Source: Macrostomum hystrix (Eukaryota; Animalia; Platyhelminthes). Taken from it: 64,000 bases of DNA. Position numbers and translations under genes: made by a program. Positions within the stretch are counted from its first letter, which is position 1, and each line of letters starts with the position of its first letter. The stretch covers positions 1,922,001 to 1,986,000 of the forward strand of contig CATNEN010000033.1 of the NCBI GenBank assembly GCA_950097015.1. Direction: 5' to 3'. This document shows positions 63,145-64,000 of the stretch, piece after piece. The notes beneath the pieces were generated by a model, which made no database searches, was not told the origin of the DNA, and saw only the letters and a list, made by a program, of their open reading frames with translations.

Positions 63145-64000
63145 CGTAGGGTGTCCCAGAATTAGCGGGAAAAATCGATGCACAGGCAAACTGGTGCAAC
63201 ATAGTTTATTGAAACTTACGTCACTGATATATAAACATTCAGCAGTTCTAATGCTTTTTAAATCAAGTAAATATGTCAACTCATTAAAAAGTTTTAGCTA
63301 AAATTAGAACAAGGGGTAAGGGGTAGAGTTACACCAAGTCAAGGCCAGCGGAATCGGTCACGCAGCATCGCCATTGCTGACCTACTTCTTTGACTTAGCG
63401 GCAGGGAGCCTCCATGACAGACGCAGCGAGGAGGCGGCCGGTGCCGCCCATATCGCTAACCCCTGGCAGCATCGCCATCGCCGTCGACTGACGACTTTTC
63501 GACGAAGTCCCCCTTAGCTCGCAGCACTTAGTCCATCGCGTGAGAAGCGCATTGATGGCATCTGCATAAGCTCGACGCGGAATTTCGTGCAGCAGAACCC
63601 GCCTGAATTCACCTTCCAAGTTGTCGCGATGGTCAAAGATGCGCCCCCGCAGGTGCTTCTTTAACTGAGGGAAAATTGCGTAGTCGCAAGGAGCTAAGTC
63701 TGGTGAGTAGGGTGGGTGCGCAAGCAGATCAAAATTGAGTTCGTTGATACGATCAAGCGTTTTCTTGGCCGTGTGAGGTCGAGCGTTGTCGTGCAACAGG
63801 AGGTGAGGCTTCATCGCAGCCCTGCGCTTGTTGCGGATGTCTGATTTCATCTTAGTCAGCGTCTCCGTGTACCGGTCCGAGTTAACCGTGCTGTTAGGCC
63901 CAAGGAAGTCGATGGTCAGGGTTAGACCCAGAAGGGTCAGGTCAACCTTCTTGATCGAAGAAAAGGGTCAGCATGATCTTCTTGCAGTGCTGGTCTCGCT
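63145..64000 (-). mobile_element. Mariner (DD34D) transposon, 3' part with decayed transposase, continuing beyond the window
   Basis: TVNSDRY, LLHDNARPH, HPPYSPDLAPCD with exactly 34 residues between D2 and D3. TIR-like end TA-GGGTGTCCCAGAATTAGC near 63147. Confidence 0.9.

Overview
Eukaryotic, intron-containing, repeat-rich animal DNA. GC-rich exons, AT-rich spacers and very abundant minisatellites resemble a free-living flatworm such as Macrostomum, but the species is my inference. Spliced genes I could reconstruct with phase-compatible GT..AG junctions: CRYL1 (-), a divergent mitochondrial MDH2 (+), two low-complexity unknown genes (-), an orphan type I membrane protein (+), a 1069-aa p85/PIK3R-like adaptor with extra C1 and SAM domains (+), a headcase/HECA homolog (+), and an intact 456-aa BAHD-family (HxxxD/DFGWG) acyltransferase (-). 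BAHD is a plant/fungal-type enzyme family, so this is a strong horizontal-transfer candidate, and both of its introns carry host SINEs. Mobile DNA: a decayed R2/NeSL-like REL-endonuclease LINE, two tRNA-derived SINE families, a solo LTR, a 4-kb cluster of four paralogous Crypton-type tyrosine-recombinase fragments in alternating orientation with recurring CCATAGAC motifs, two Helitron derivatives joined exactly head-to-tail, a hAT MITE and a DD34D mariner. A 7.3-kb 15-bp satellite shows nested 286/1160/2987-bp higher-order periods. Most long introns carry their own private minisatellite. Two perfect inverted micro-duplications (36 and 45 bp) look like templated repair insertions. No rRNA, bona fide tRNA gene or CRISPR array was found.
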